Assembly (NCBI RefSeq): GCF_000743755.1
Contig: NW_014569465.1
Coordinates: 62,001-101,228, forward strand
Direction: 5' to 3'
DNA: 39,228 nucleotides
Source of the DNA: Blastocystis sp. subtype 4
Taxonomy: Eukaryota
The notes under the pieces: model-generated
Told to the model about the DNA's origin: nothing
The model's database searches: none
The model's input: the letters and a program-made list of their open reading frames with translations, nothing else
Shown here: positions 12,189 through 24,281 of the stretch, one piece after another
How the letters are laid out: each line of letters begins with the position of its first letter
Numbering within the stretch: the first letter of the stretch is position 1
Translations under genes and position numbers: made by a program

Positions 12189-13703
12189 CACATTTTTCTT
12201 TGGCAATACTTTTTAAACTCTTCTACTGCCATGATCGGGACCGGATTCCATCTTCGTGTTTCTAATACAGTATTATTATCTATTCATCATAATCTCTCCA
12301 AATCCAAACAAAGCAGATAACTAGCACTTCGATACAAACACTCTTTCTTCTCTCCATCCTTTTTCATTTTCTCTGCATTGTAATTCATATCTCCTTCCAG
12401 AGCTATTCCTCGTTTTAATTTATCTATACTTGTTATTTTACCTTGATGAAAAGCAGGAATCACGAAGGTCGCATCGATAAGGGTTCCATTACATTTATGC
12501 ATTCGTCCAAGTAGATAATTGTCAATTAGATTCCTTCCGAGTACATATGAACCAAATACAGATACTGGAGTTGATGCAGAAAATATGAAGTAATCCTATC
12601 ATTCAGTTATTCTCATTTCATCTACGGCACTACAATAACTACGATAGGATCTTTTGGTTCGATTCCATATCGAAGTTTGATTCCAATATGCATCCATTGT
12701 CAATCCCTCTGATGAAAAAGCGAGTGATAGAAAATCACCTGTCTCAATATCACGTACCACACCCGCAATTGAAACCTATAGATCAAGTTATCAATACGAC
12801 ATCACAATAGATGAGAACACTCCATTCTGAATCTGATTATCGACATAATCAAGAATAGATAATAGTTCAGGCCCTAGAAGGATGTCACTATTAAGTAGAC
12901 AGTAGTAATCTGCATTGAAATCCCTGTATAAATCTGTCATGATTCCTTTCACTTCAGGCATGAAGAATTTATTATGTCTATAATGATAGCGACGAATAAG
13001 AAGTACTGGTACCCGCGATAGAAAGGAATCCCTAGATATTGAGCAAACGAGAGTAATGGTTTTGAAATGGAAAAAAGAACACACTGAACATCAAAAGAAC
13101 GTTGGAAGAGAGAAAGTGATAACATGGTGTTGATGACTTCTACAGGGATTGCAGTCTACATAATACTATTACCAAACAACTACTTCCCACTCCGGAATGT
13201 CAGCAGTGATGGCTAACACGATTCGATAGTGATCACGTAAAGGAGTTATCCGTGATAATGACTCATTTTCAGGGATTTGAGACCATCGATTCATTCGGGC
13301 AGTTAACTCCTTGATGATCATCAAGTTTCCGGTTTCTCGTGGCGATATAGGTCCAATATATGGTGTTGTCCATGCTCTCATTTCATCTTTTTGAAGGAAA
13401 ATAGCATTCGGAAGGTTTTGCTTTGATGGTTTCATTGAGGCATCGGGAGGACTAGAGAAAAAGAGTAAACAATGTTTCTCTAGGAAGACGGAAGAATTAG
13501 GCACTACCACATGATTGGTCTAATTCCAGTAATCTACCTGCTAGAATGCCACCTAACACAATTCCTGAGGAACAGGAACTTAGAGTCTTTTCTATTGTAT
13601 GATCGATAACTACAGTTTATTCGAAAGAATCATTTTAACAGTGAAATGCAGTAAAGTAAATAAAGAAAAAAAGCAAAAGTCCCGCAAGATGATGTCGAGA
13701 CAT
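12188..13703 (-). CDS. Type II membrane glycosyltransferase-like protein
   Basis: N-terminal anchor MSRHHLAGLLLFFFIYFTAFH; motifs YCLLNSDILL, DYFIFS, GRNLIDNYLL, LIDATFVIPAFHQG; multiple ~30-nt introns; TGA at 12188-12190. Confidence 0.62.
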
Positions 13704-14158
13704 TTCTTTATTATGAAATGGGATCGAATATTCCATATAAATTCCTGCACTTGTTTACATGATTATAAGTAGATGGAGATGGAGTCTAGTAACTTTTATC
13801 TGTTCCATTAGGTTTATTTTATCGAAGGAATTATGAAATACATATTTGTTCAGTTTCGAGTAATACCCTCTTTCGTAGAGTTCAAATTATCATTTAAAAC
13901 CATGCATTACATTCTCAAAGGGAAAAAATCAAATGCATTACTGACAACGAGAAGATTAAAGTAGAGAGTGTAACATCCATGTAGGAAAGTAAGTATTAGA
14001 CGAGAATCGTGGTTCTTGACGACTATTATGATGGATCTCCCTTTAATCTCACTAATAGATGCCAGAAATATATACCCATAGCATGCCATTTATAATGATG
14101 TGCCCAATAATATTCTAGTTTCATTGATTAGCCAATTAAACTTGTCATTTATTTTTCG

Positions 14159-14905
14159 ATGCATCAATTTTTGTCAGCCATTCTTGACTGATTTTGGTTT
14201 TCACTCATTATTATCTTAGAAGAGTCTCTCACAAGATTCTTGATTGCTGCTCTTTGCGTCTTATCTGTTGGATGTATTATTGTACAGATTCGTTGATAGA
14301 TAGTGTCTCAAGTTTGTCAGATTGGTGGTGCTTGTGCTCAAACTGGTAGTGGAGAAACTACTTGCCGTATGAATTGTGGTGACCTGTATGATTCTCGTTT
14401 CAAATTGCGATTGGTTTGCACCAACAATAGATGGGAAGTGAAATCGGGTTCTGAATGTGTTCCTTTGGCTCCCTCTGATTTCAGTTATGCTTCTAATGAT
14501 CTTGAATTGATGCAGAATAAGGCTATGAATGAAGTTGTTGCATACGTTAAATGTGCTGAGTGTGAATTCCTTGTAAAGGATGCTGATCTTGGTGCTACTC
14601 TTCCTGAAGGTATCAATATTGATAGTGGAAATGGAACTCTTTCTGGAACTCCTACTAAACTTCAGGATCGTATTGGTTACACTCTGATTGCTCGAAATAA
14701 GGCTTCTGCTGTCGATACTACAGTTTACATTAAGGTAACGACTGAGAAAGCTAACTACACATTGATTATTTTGATTGTTGTTTTTGTTGTACTTTTGGTT
14801 GCTTTATTCGGAACTTGCTTCTATTGCCGTGTGAGAGGAAAGGGAAGAGCGAGAGGCAGAACGCTGAAAACAAAGGGAGCTGGAAAGACGACTTCTCGTG
14901 TCTAA
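14159..14905 (+). CDS. Surface protein: signal peptide, Cys-rich module, He_PIG/Ig-like domain, TM, basic tail (copy 1; start uncertain)
   Basis: FLIAALCVLSVG signal, intron 14274-14303, LPEGINIDSGNGTLSGTPT Ig signature, TM YTLIILIVVFVVLLVALFG. ATG 14159 requires a 63-nt intron (14173-14235). Confidence 0.7.
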
Positions 14906-15680
14906 ATTATATGTTGCAGTAGATGTTTGTTAAAGCTGTTATGTTACTTGTATTATTTTGGATTAATTCCTACAGACATGCTCCGTCTAATAAGCGGAGC
15001 AGGTTACCTAGATTTCTGTAACTTACCATACTAGACTGTTATAAGTACCCCATATCCCTCAATTAACTACTTAACTCATAAGTATGAATTCTAATGAAAA
15101 GTGTTTTGATTGGATAAGAGTAATCAAACTTCCGTGGGAATGTAATAAGGAGTTCAGTATGCAACTATTGATTTTCTGAGTCTTGATTGCTGCTCTTTGC
15201 GTCTTATCTGTTGGATGTATTATTGTACAGATTCGTTGATAGATAGTGTCTCAAGTTTGTCAGATTGGTGGTGCTTGTGTTAATACTGGTAGTGGAGAAA
15301 CTACTTGCCGTATGGATTGTAGTGGATTGTATGATCCTCGTTTCAAATTGCAATTGACTTGCACCAACAATAGATGGGAAGTGAGATCGGGTTCTGAATG
15401 TGTTCCTTTGGCTCCCTCTGATTTCAGTTATGCTTCTAATGATCTTGAATTGATGCAGAATAAGGCTATGAATGAAGTTGTTGCATATGTTAAATGTGCT
15501 GAGTGTGAATTCCTTGTAAAGGATGCTGATCTTGGTGCTACTCTTCCTGAAGGTATCAATATTGATAGTGGAAATGGAACTCTTTCTGGAACTCCTACTA
15601 AACTTCAGGATCGTATTGGTTACACTCTGATTGCTCGAAATAAGGCTTCTGCTGTTGAAACTGTAGTCTACATTAAGGTA
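14238..15680 (+). repeat. ~500-bp direct duplication (14238-14737 vs 15181-15680)
   Basis: Direct sequence comparison; includes an identical 30-nt intron. Confidence 0.93.
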
Positions 15681-15983
15681 GTTGAAGGTGTTGATGGTGA
15701 GTGCAAAGTAGGTGAGTTCTGTACGAATCGGGTGGGGTCTTGTCAAGCTGATTGTGGCGAAGGATTCGATCCTCAATCAAAGTTAACACTCATTTGTGAG
15801 TCACATCAATGGAAAATACAACCAGGATCGCAGTGTATTGGTAAGTCTGATGGGCCTGGTTTCATTGTAATTCTTGTTATTGTGCTCATTGTATTCTTCG
15901 TTGGATGTATCTTTGGAATGATTGTTTCGTATTGCAAGAGACGGTCATCTCATTTACTCTCAGTTCAAATGAAATATATATGA
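15159..15983 (+). CDS. Tandem paralogue of the He_PIG surface protein with an extra Cys module (copy 2; 5' end interrupted by TGA)
   Basis: Near-identical to 14238-14737 at offset 943. Second Cys module and a different TM/tail; in-frame TGA at 15177-15179. Confidence 0.65.
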
Positions 15984-16041
15984 TAAGCTTTAACTGTTTC
16001 TTGAACACATTTTTCATAATTGTAGTTATAACAAACATATA

Positions 16042-17465
16042 CACAAAGAAGTAACATTATTTCGAAGAATCAAGTAATGTGAATGCAAGGATAATCTCCC
16101 TGCTAATGTCCCATAAGAACTACCATATGTATATAGAATATAATCAGACTGAGAAAGTAACACCAAATCCAAAATAGCTCGTTTCAAGAATTCATCGTGA
16201 TGCTTGTAAGACAAATATGCTGACGAATGACCTGCTCGAAATCCCTCAGCACTCACAACTTTGACTGAATCCATCAAATCATGCCGAATTCTGCCAAATG
16301 CCAGACCAGAATCCGCCGTTAGAAATACCACACATTCCGAAGAATTCCAGCCTTGTTTTACAATCACATTCTTTACAATCTGTCCAATTTTGAATATTGT
16401 TTGCTGATACAAAAAACGTCCCGATTCTCGGACTACCGACAAATCTCCTCCTGTACGTACTTGGACACCAATCACATGCTTACGATCCAGTTTGACCAAA
16501 TTCTTCGCAATATAATAATGTAATTCCGAATTGGGAGTTAGAAGAATCCGAGCGATTTGACCACGAAGAATGTTATCTGCTGACGGAGTTAGTGTTAACG
16601 GAATCATAAATCCAATATTTCGAAGGATTTGTTGATACGACAGATTGGGAATAACAAGACAGGAAAGATCAGAAAGGATACGAAATGAAATGTGACGCAT
16701 CCCGAAGATCCGATCCACATCAAAGGAGGTATAACGAGTATCATTACAATAACCGCGACTGAACTTCTGATAGTACTTAAAATGGAGCATGGATACTATA
16801 TGATAATAGAAAATGAGAAGTACCTTCTGATTTGTTGAATCGTAGTTCCTGAAAGGGACTATTCATCATACGATAATAATCATCCCAGTCAACTAAATGT
16901 TATCATCTTTCTCGATCCTACTTCGTAATCGACGACCAGTTACCAAAGCCACCAAAAAAACACCTGCAAATGCACGAAATTGGTTTGCAAATCCAACAGT
17001 AGAATCTGCGTGGTATACAACATAATACGGACTCGAATCAGGATCGTTACCAGTAAGTCTTCGGAGACATGCTTTTGTGATTCTGTCATAGTCAATTTCG
17101 ACTGAACCGTTGCGAACCAACTCCTTCCACGACCATGTCTCGTTCGAGAAATGAAATGATTCCGTTGGTTTTTGTTCTTCCATTTGGTTATGTTCAAAGG
17201 GATGTTTCCGTGATGTTGAATTCCCATCAGCAGGATTGAAATATTGTTTTATTATTTCTTTCTCTGACCATTAAACTCACAAATTAAAAATATTACCACT
17301 TGATAAACGACTATTTGACTTGATATTGTCAGTTTCACCTTTAGCACTTCCAACAAACAGAACACCAAATTGCTGACTTCTTGCAAACAGTATTTGCTCT
17401 GTTTGGTTGAATACTACAAAGAAACAGAGAACCAGGACAAACGCAAAGATTGTCCGAATAATCAT
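16042..17465 (-). CDS. Fucosyltransferase-like (GT-B; FUT8/NodZ/GT37-type motifs) type II membrane protein; TG+A poly(A) stop predicted
   Basis: N-terminal TM; GFANQFRAF, IGVQVRTG, VFLTADS, AILDLVLLSQSD...GSSYG; three introns. Genomic stop at 16026 is the alternative end. Confidence 0.78.
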
Positions 17466-17564
17466 CAGCCGAAAGCTCTCTTGGAAGTTACAACTAGAAT
17501 TGATTCAGCAGAAACAAATTTGGGCTATCCCAATTGCCGCAATTCTTATTCTCAACAAACACAA

Positions 17565-18494
17565 CTATTTCGTCAAATATTCCTTTGCTAGATCAGTCAT
17601 TGCAAACACATTTTCTGGACGCTTTCGCAAAATTGCAAGAATTTGCACCTTCGTTTCGACAAACACTCTTCGGAATTCCAGAATCGTAAAGGATGGATCT
17701 GTACGCACAAAACGCCTATAGTTATGATCCATCAGCATCACGCCAATAGAGAACATTTCATTAAACACCGTTTGCCATTCGTTATCTTCCAAAAAAGATG
17801 CAAAAACTGCCATTTCTCGAATAGGAACCTTCTTGCGCTGTTTAAACTCTGTACCACAACATGGACAGAATGTGTACTGAGTCGAGATATTCAAGTGAAT
17901 TAAGAGAAGAGTTGTAATATTGATAGCTGAGGCAATGAATGGATACTCTGTCGCTTCATGGACAAGTTGCTACATTAAAAACACAATCTCAAAGATACAG
18001 AGAAAAGTACAGGGTAATGATCACTGAAATACAGCAAGTTCTCTAGGGACAATTTACCACTACTGCGTAGATCCGTCATTGGGTTCTCGCTTTGGAATCC
18101 TAGGGTCTTCCACTCCTGGCTAATCAAAGCAGGCTCTGGTTGGTTGGGAAAGGCATTTCTGAAGAGTTCTAATAATCCAGTTCTCACTTCCAGAGAAGAA
18201 GGTTCGGCATTCAGCTTGGCTTCCGCAATCAATCCTTGTAGCTCCCTGTACTATTGATGACTCAAGTCATTATCATATACCTGGTTCGCGGTGACAAACT
18301 GGTTATATTCTTTGTAGGAACACAACCAAAGGAGACATGAGTTAATCTAATCAACTCAGAATCCCTTCACAACACCAACCGAAATCTTTTTTGCCTTATT
18401 CGATTGCAATAAACCCTGTCTACCTATAAGATCGTTTCTACACCCTCTACCTAAGTTGATTCGGCTCTTCAATTTCGAGAGATTCTGTTTGCAT
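17565..18494 (-). CDS. ELMO/CED-12 domain protein (ELMOD-like Arf/Arl GAP)
   Basis: WKTLGFQSENPMTDLRSSGKLSLENLLYFS and YPFIASAINIT motifs; multi-exon; 5' exons less certain. Confidence 0.8.
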
Positions 18495-18558
18495 TTCTCT
18501 GCGATAGTCTACTATAATATCGAATTCCCGCGGTATTCAACAAACAAACACTTCTATT

Positions 18559-19956
18559 CTATGGTTTATATGAAGTTGATTGCTGAGCTTCTTCCGTAAT
18601 ATTGGAATGAGCCCGGATATATAAGCGGGTTGTCATATCCATCTTGTAGATTGGATTAATCGTATTCGGTGCTCCCTATCCATGAACTCTTCATTCGAAA
18701 GATACAAAATCCCAATTATATCCCTTTGCATAGACAAGCATGGAACCATCATAAGAATAAGCACATGCAGAAATCCCATTTGGATTTGAAGATGTTCTAC
18801 AATGAAATTCGGTCAAAGATATCACCCTTTTTCAAATGTACCAAACTTGTTTCGATTAATTGCATTCCACAAAGTTAGTGAACCATCAGCACAGGCCGTA
18901 AGGATTCCTTCTGAAGGATTGTGAACAGTTAGTCTACGGATTGCGAGAAACTGATTCTCTTACGCTGTACATGTGTACTGGACACGATCACGACGACCAA
19001 TGCGGAATCGTAGATCCTTTCCATCATGTTTTATGTTATCAGTAGGACTAGTCTCGAAGTACAGGATTCATATCTTACTTCAAGTATTTTACTTGTACAA
19101 TTCCACTGACCATTCCCTGAATAACGAACTTGGTGGGAGAATATGCCAACGAAGTAATGAAATCATCTCCTGTTTCTCGATATGTCTTGAGTTATAATCC
19201 ATTCTACAGACCTTACTGACATCGGCTGCGATGGATTTGACAAATCATATTCATATGTGTCGATTCCGTTTGTCATAGCGAATTTCGTCATATTCACACT
19301 ACAGATAATTATCTACAGAACGAGTAATACCCATTACAGATGGCTGTTAAGGATCCATTGCAGTTTAGGTTCATCTACCAATCATACTCTATATTCACAT
19401 CAAACGCAGTTAGATGGGGTTCGAAGATCATACAGCCGGACATTTCCATCTAAACTTCCAACGGTAAGACAATTCGCAGCTGTATTCACTTGAACAGATA
19501 CAATACTGTGGTTATGCTATAAATTACCTTCTTCATTCGGGAACACTTGAGCAATTGGATTTCCTTGGGAGGCATTGGCTCCCAGATCCCAAAGTATCAC
19601 TTTACCACTTGCATCTCCCGCATAGATCTGTGTAGACTCCTACAAATGGGTTTCGTGCCAAACTCCAACTTGATTCCAACATGCCGAAATTGCTGGTGAA
19701 CCTAGAGAAATTCGGGCAGCCATCTGAGAGGCAATCATGTTTTGGGAGTATTGAATCGAATAACACCGGACCTAGACTGTCAGCAGAACAAAACCAAATC
19801 CATACATCTCCATCCCACGAGGATGCACAGAAGTAGCTATTGTTTCCTGAAATCTGAACACTGCTAATTGTGTCAGAAGGGACATTCTAGTCTCGAATCC
19901 CGTACACTGTATTATACCTTCTCTTCATACCACAAATTCGATTTATTCACGTTCAT
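18559..19956 (-). CDS. RAE1: Divergent Rae1/Gle2 (Bub3 family) WD40 protein
   Basis: Spliced product has PSDTISSV, ASSWDGDVRCY, VILWDL, GSLDGNVRLYDLR, TACADGSLTLWN and YAKGYNWDFG (cf. Rae1 YDWSKG). About 11 tiny introns; missed by the ORF track. Confidence 0.72.
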
Positions 19957-20018
19957 GAGAAAAATGTTGTGACAACAAACAACTCAATAACATATCACAT
20001 ATGAAACGACACTGTAAA

Positions 20019-22406
20019 TTAGAAGGAACAATGGCCAGTCCAGACATTCTTCAACATCTCTTTCAACTCAGATCTCTCATCAGATTGAAGGCATATGCTA
20101 GAGAGATCTAACGAGTACAGTTTACTATTAGGATTCTCTTCAAAGAAGTGATAAAACAACATTACACCTTCAGCATCAATCTGTGTATATCCAAGATCCA
20201 ATCGTGATAAATTAGATAACGTATTAGGTCGTCCATACGTTTGTAAGAAACGTCGGACAAACCTATTATCAATCTCACCATTACCATCCAATCGCAAGAT
20301 GCTCAACTTGTTACACATTCCCCTATCAAAACCATCCATCAGTTTCCACAAATCATCACTGCTCAAACCACAATCTCGAAGTGAGAGAGTGGTGAGATTA
20401 CAACAACTCTCCGAACAAAGGAAACTGTAGAAAGAAGAACCAGCTCCAACAATAGAACAACTATCAATCGAGAGATAACTTAATGAGGAAGGTCCTTCTG
20501 GGAAGGCTCTGAAGAAGTAATTAAATGTTTCTGAACTAATGTTGTTTGTAGTGAAAGATACACGAGAGATTCTCTCTAATCGAGAGAATCGACTTAAGAA
20601 CATAAGTAGCAATCGCATGTCATTGTCAGTGAATGGATTGAATGAAAAATCTATTTGTTCAATTATTGTCTCTTCCCCATCTAATGAGATGAGATGTAAC
20701 CAATCATTCTCAACGAAATCACCAATAAGATTACTACTAAAATCAACAACAGTTAACCGTGGACAACGAATATCCACAAGTGTTTGCAACAGCAGACGGA
20801 AACATTCTCCATCAAGCAAATTGGATTTCAAGATTAAGGCTTTCAAGTGACTAGCCTTTCCACTCAATAACCAACCAATCATTTCCTTTACTTCTCCAAG
20901 AGAAATGGAAACCCCTTCAACAAACAACACACGAAGATTGTGTGCATTTCCATCACGTAATGCTTCAAAGAACTTCCCTAAAGCATCCGTGATTTGAGGG
21001 TTATTACTGATGTTTAATCGCTTCAGATTCTCAGCAAAAGGAGAACAAACAAATTCGATCAATCCTTCCAAATCACTCGCACCTATTCCTGTGTGAGCAA
21101 ACTCCAATTCCTCTAACAATGGACAAGCTCCCATCGTAAGCACACCGAATAAGCTCACCATATTCCCAACAGAAATGAAGTTATCGGTTATATTCAGTTT
21201 CTTCAGGTTGGGGCAAGAATAAGCTCCTAAGGCTTCAGCCAATAGAGTCATTCCTGAATGAGAGATTTTGTTACTGGATATATCCAACTCCTCCAGATTT
21301 GGAAAGGCTTCACGTCGCATTACCAAACTCATTGACAGCATTCCTGAGTTCGTCATTTGAGTATCACTTAAACGAAGAATCTTTACTGGAGGGAGATCTG
21401 CAGGTGAAACTCCCTCAGGCCAGACAGAGCGGATGAAGAGTTCCGTACCACGACGATGAAGTGGACAACCAGCTAGATCAATGAGAGAAAGACGTGAAAA
21501 ATTGGAGAGGTCAACAACCTTGAAGAATGATTCCAATCCTTCCTGATCACTTGTGACCAATCGCAATCGTCCCAACACATGACAGAGACTAGTCGATGCT
21601 TCAGCAAAGGCATAACAAATACGTTGTGTGAGATCATACACCGAAATAATGATTCCTGCAGAAAACTCTGAATTGATTATGTTGAGTCGAAGTGAACGGC
21701 TGATCTTAGTACTTAAGGCAGTTAAAATGCTCTTGATTGTGTCATCACCAACATAGACAAAGTTAATGTCAGTTAACTCGGGGAAACCATCATTCTTGAT
21801 AATGCGGCAAAAACGCTGAGTATCCTCTGGAGTACACTCATTTCGAAGTGTAATAACCTTTAAAAATGGACTCCGGTTAATTGCATCCACCCAACCACTC
21901 TGACAGTTGATATCGGCTTTGGTTCGACTTGTTCGAATTAATGAATTGAAATATTTATTTACCTTAGATAATAACGTTTGTGTTGTCATATCACAATACT
22001 CGGCTACACAAATCATCGTAGAGACACGAATCCGAGAAAAAAGATCACCCTCTTGCTCCGGATATGCTACAGAGAGTCGACGAATGAATTTATGGGATCG
22101 TGCGTTCACAACACGCTTAATTGCCTCCTGCTGAGCTTGGATACCATCGACTGTTATCACTTCCTTTGTCTCCTGGGTTTCATCTAGATATCATAATTAG
22201 TATTCACATCCACCTTGCTCTTCCGAGGCTTTGGGAGTGATACTAATTGCTTGCAGTATTGAATCTAGATCACCCACTGTCTCCAAATCGCCGTTTGATA
22301 CATAGAATTCATGAGTGTGCCTCTTGGATGTGTTTTCATCTCGAGGTTTCTGGCCTACAGAATGAAGAGTCTCTTCCGACTCTTCAGCGCTTTGGTTCTG
22401 TCCCAT
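20019..22406 (-). CDS. F-box-like / RNI-type leucine-rich-repeat protein, possible N-myristoylation
   Basis: MGQNQS start and one 30-nt intron. ICVAEYCD...LLSKVNKYFNSLI is F-box-like; many LxxLxLxxN repeats. Confidence 0.8.
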
Positions 22407-22743
22407 CAAAGAAACGATGATACCTTTTGTGTGTCGGTATTCCTAAATAACAGCCACAATAATCCGTGATTGTGATTCGTTGTCTCCTTTATTGTTGTTT
22501 CACAGTAATATATTCGTTCATTTGATTGAAAATGCTGGATTATATTTATTTGATCGTTCCAATAGATAAAACATAATGATAGGGAATTACGCGTTCTCAA
22601 CAACAGTATGGACTTTTTGATAAAGCTATTTTGTTGAGTTCATAGAGTTCTTGCTTACCATGCAAGAAATGCGTGTCTTATCTCTGAGAGCCACTCCCTG
22701 TTTAACATATGTTTTCCACAAACAACCAAAACCACATTCTAAA

Positions 22744-23240
22744 TCACTTTGCTTTGGACATGTTGTACTTCTTAATTCGACGGGCAGCTTTGACTCGAAT
22801 AATACTATCCATAAATCGAATATTAAACAACTACTCTATCATATCCTTATCCGTAGCACCCTTATACTGTCGTATCTCCCATTCATCTGGACTCACCTTT
22901 GAATCCTAGCATGTAAATTGTATATGATCCTTACAAGCATATGCCACAACCAGTCGGGATACTGATCGTCAGGAAGCACTTCTGGATCCTTTCCATCTAC
23001 AACTTATTCTGCACGCAAATACATACCAACATAAATGTTGATGGGAATCAAGCTATCACTTGCCTTGACTTCTTCTGCAGGCTGCGCAGCCTGCTTCTTT
23101 CCTTTCTTCTTATCTCCTCCAGCAAAAGAGCGAATGGAATTACGTAGGATTGGCGAAGAAAAGAGCTGAGTGGTTGGCGGAGTTGATATTGTGCGCAAAG
23201 AAGCATTCACAATGACAACACTCCGGAAAACTCGGTTCAT
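22744..23240 (-). CDS. MRPL54: Mitochondrial ribosomal protein mL54 (yeast Mrpl37)
   Basis: Presequence, then INIYVDGKDPEVLPDDQYPDWLW...RRIKKYNM; three introns; TGA at 22744-22746. Confidence 0.8.
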
Positions 23241-23397
23241 ACTGTGTATTTGTGGAGATAGAATAGCGAATGGATTTCCTCAAGATACTGGAATGTCCAA
23301 AATGGAACCGATTCCTGGAAGCTGTTCATTTCTCCCAATATCGCTGTATTCTTTGTGGAGAGTGACTCAGGTGCATTAAAAGTTTTCAGTTACCCCA

Positions 23398-24256
23398 ATG
23401 GAGGATCCAAATCATGATGAGGAGCCACTGTCCCGTAGTCAACTGAAGAAGCGGAAGAAGTATGAAGCATTGCAACAACACTGGAAAGAAAAGAAATTAC
23501 AGAGAAAACTGAAAAAGAAGCAACAGAAGGCAAAGGAAGTAAAAGAAGAGAACGATCCATCTCCGGAGGAACGAGCTCGTCTGAAGGAAGAACATCGTCG
23601 TCAGAAGGAACAATGGCTAGTTGATTTGAAGACAAGTCCTCGTATTCTTATTGATCTTGACTTCAAAGAGTTCATGCGAGATAATGAAATCAGTAGCCTA
23701 TGTCAGCAAGTCATGTATTCTTATGGTATGATTCGTCGAGCACCAAAACCTCTTCGTTTGTGTCTGAGTAGTGTAAATGGAATTATCAAAGAGAAGTTAG
23801 AGAAGATTCAAGGATTTTCAAATTGGTATGTTGATCCTTTTGAGTCGGATTTCATGACAAAGAATAATGATGACTCTTCGTATTCCTACCCAAAGGATCA
23901 CATTATATACTTATCAGCAGATGCGGAGGAAGTGTTAACAGAATTGGATTCTTCCTATTTGTATATCATTGGAGGAATTGTGGATAGGAATCGATATAAG
24001 AATCTCACATTTGATAAGGCAAAACGATTAGGAATTCGAACAGCAAAGTTGATGTTTGGGTATAGATTCAAGTTTAGGCTTCCTCTGGATCAGATTAAGT
24101 TTTCTGGATCCCGTGTATTGACTGTTAATAACGGTACGAGTGAATCAAAGAACTAATAAGTAGTGGTTGAATTATTGGTTCGATTTCATTGTTCCCAGAA
24201 CTGGGAAAAGTCGATTCACGAAGGTGTACCGATGCGTAAGGTAGATACTGAAGAGT
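23398..24256 (+). CDS. TRM10: tRNA m1G9 methyltransferase Trm10; stop predicted to be made by polyadenylation
   Basis: IYLSADAEE, YIIGGIVDRNRYK, TA(K)LPL, VLTVNNVVELL...W...VPMRK; two introns. Ends VDTEE + T(24256), with TGTTTGTT at 24261-24268. Confidence 0.92.
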
Positions 24257-24260
24257 TTCA

Positions 24261-24278
24261 TGTTTGTTTCAACAAACA
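24261..24278. terminator. Palindromic bidirectional polyadenylation element (TGTTTGTT-TC-AACAAACA)
   Basis: Perfect motif on both strands between convergent TRM10 and MORN/LRR genes. Confidence 0.82.
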
Positions 24279-24281
24279 ACA

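Noticed and set aside
13704..14158. Longest intergenic gap; short ORFs such as 13907..14089
   Set aside because: No motif, consistent splice pattern or RNA structure found.
15055..15090. Minus-strand ACTTATGAGTTAAG resembling the U12 snRNA 5' end
   Set aside because: No TAAGGA branch-pairing sequence or recognisable Sm site.
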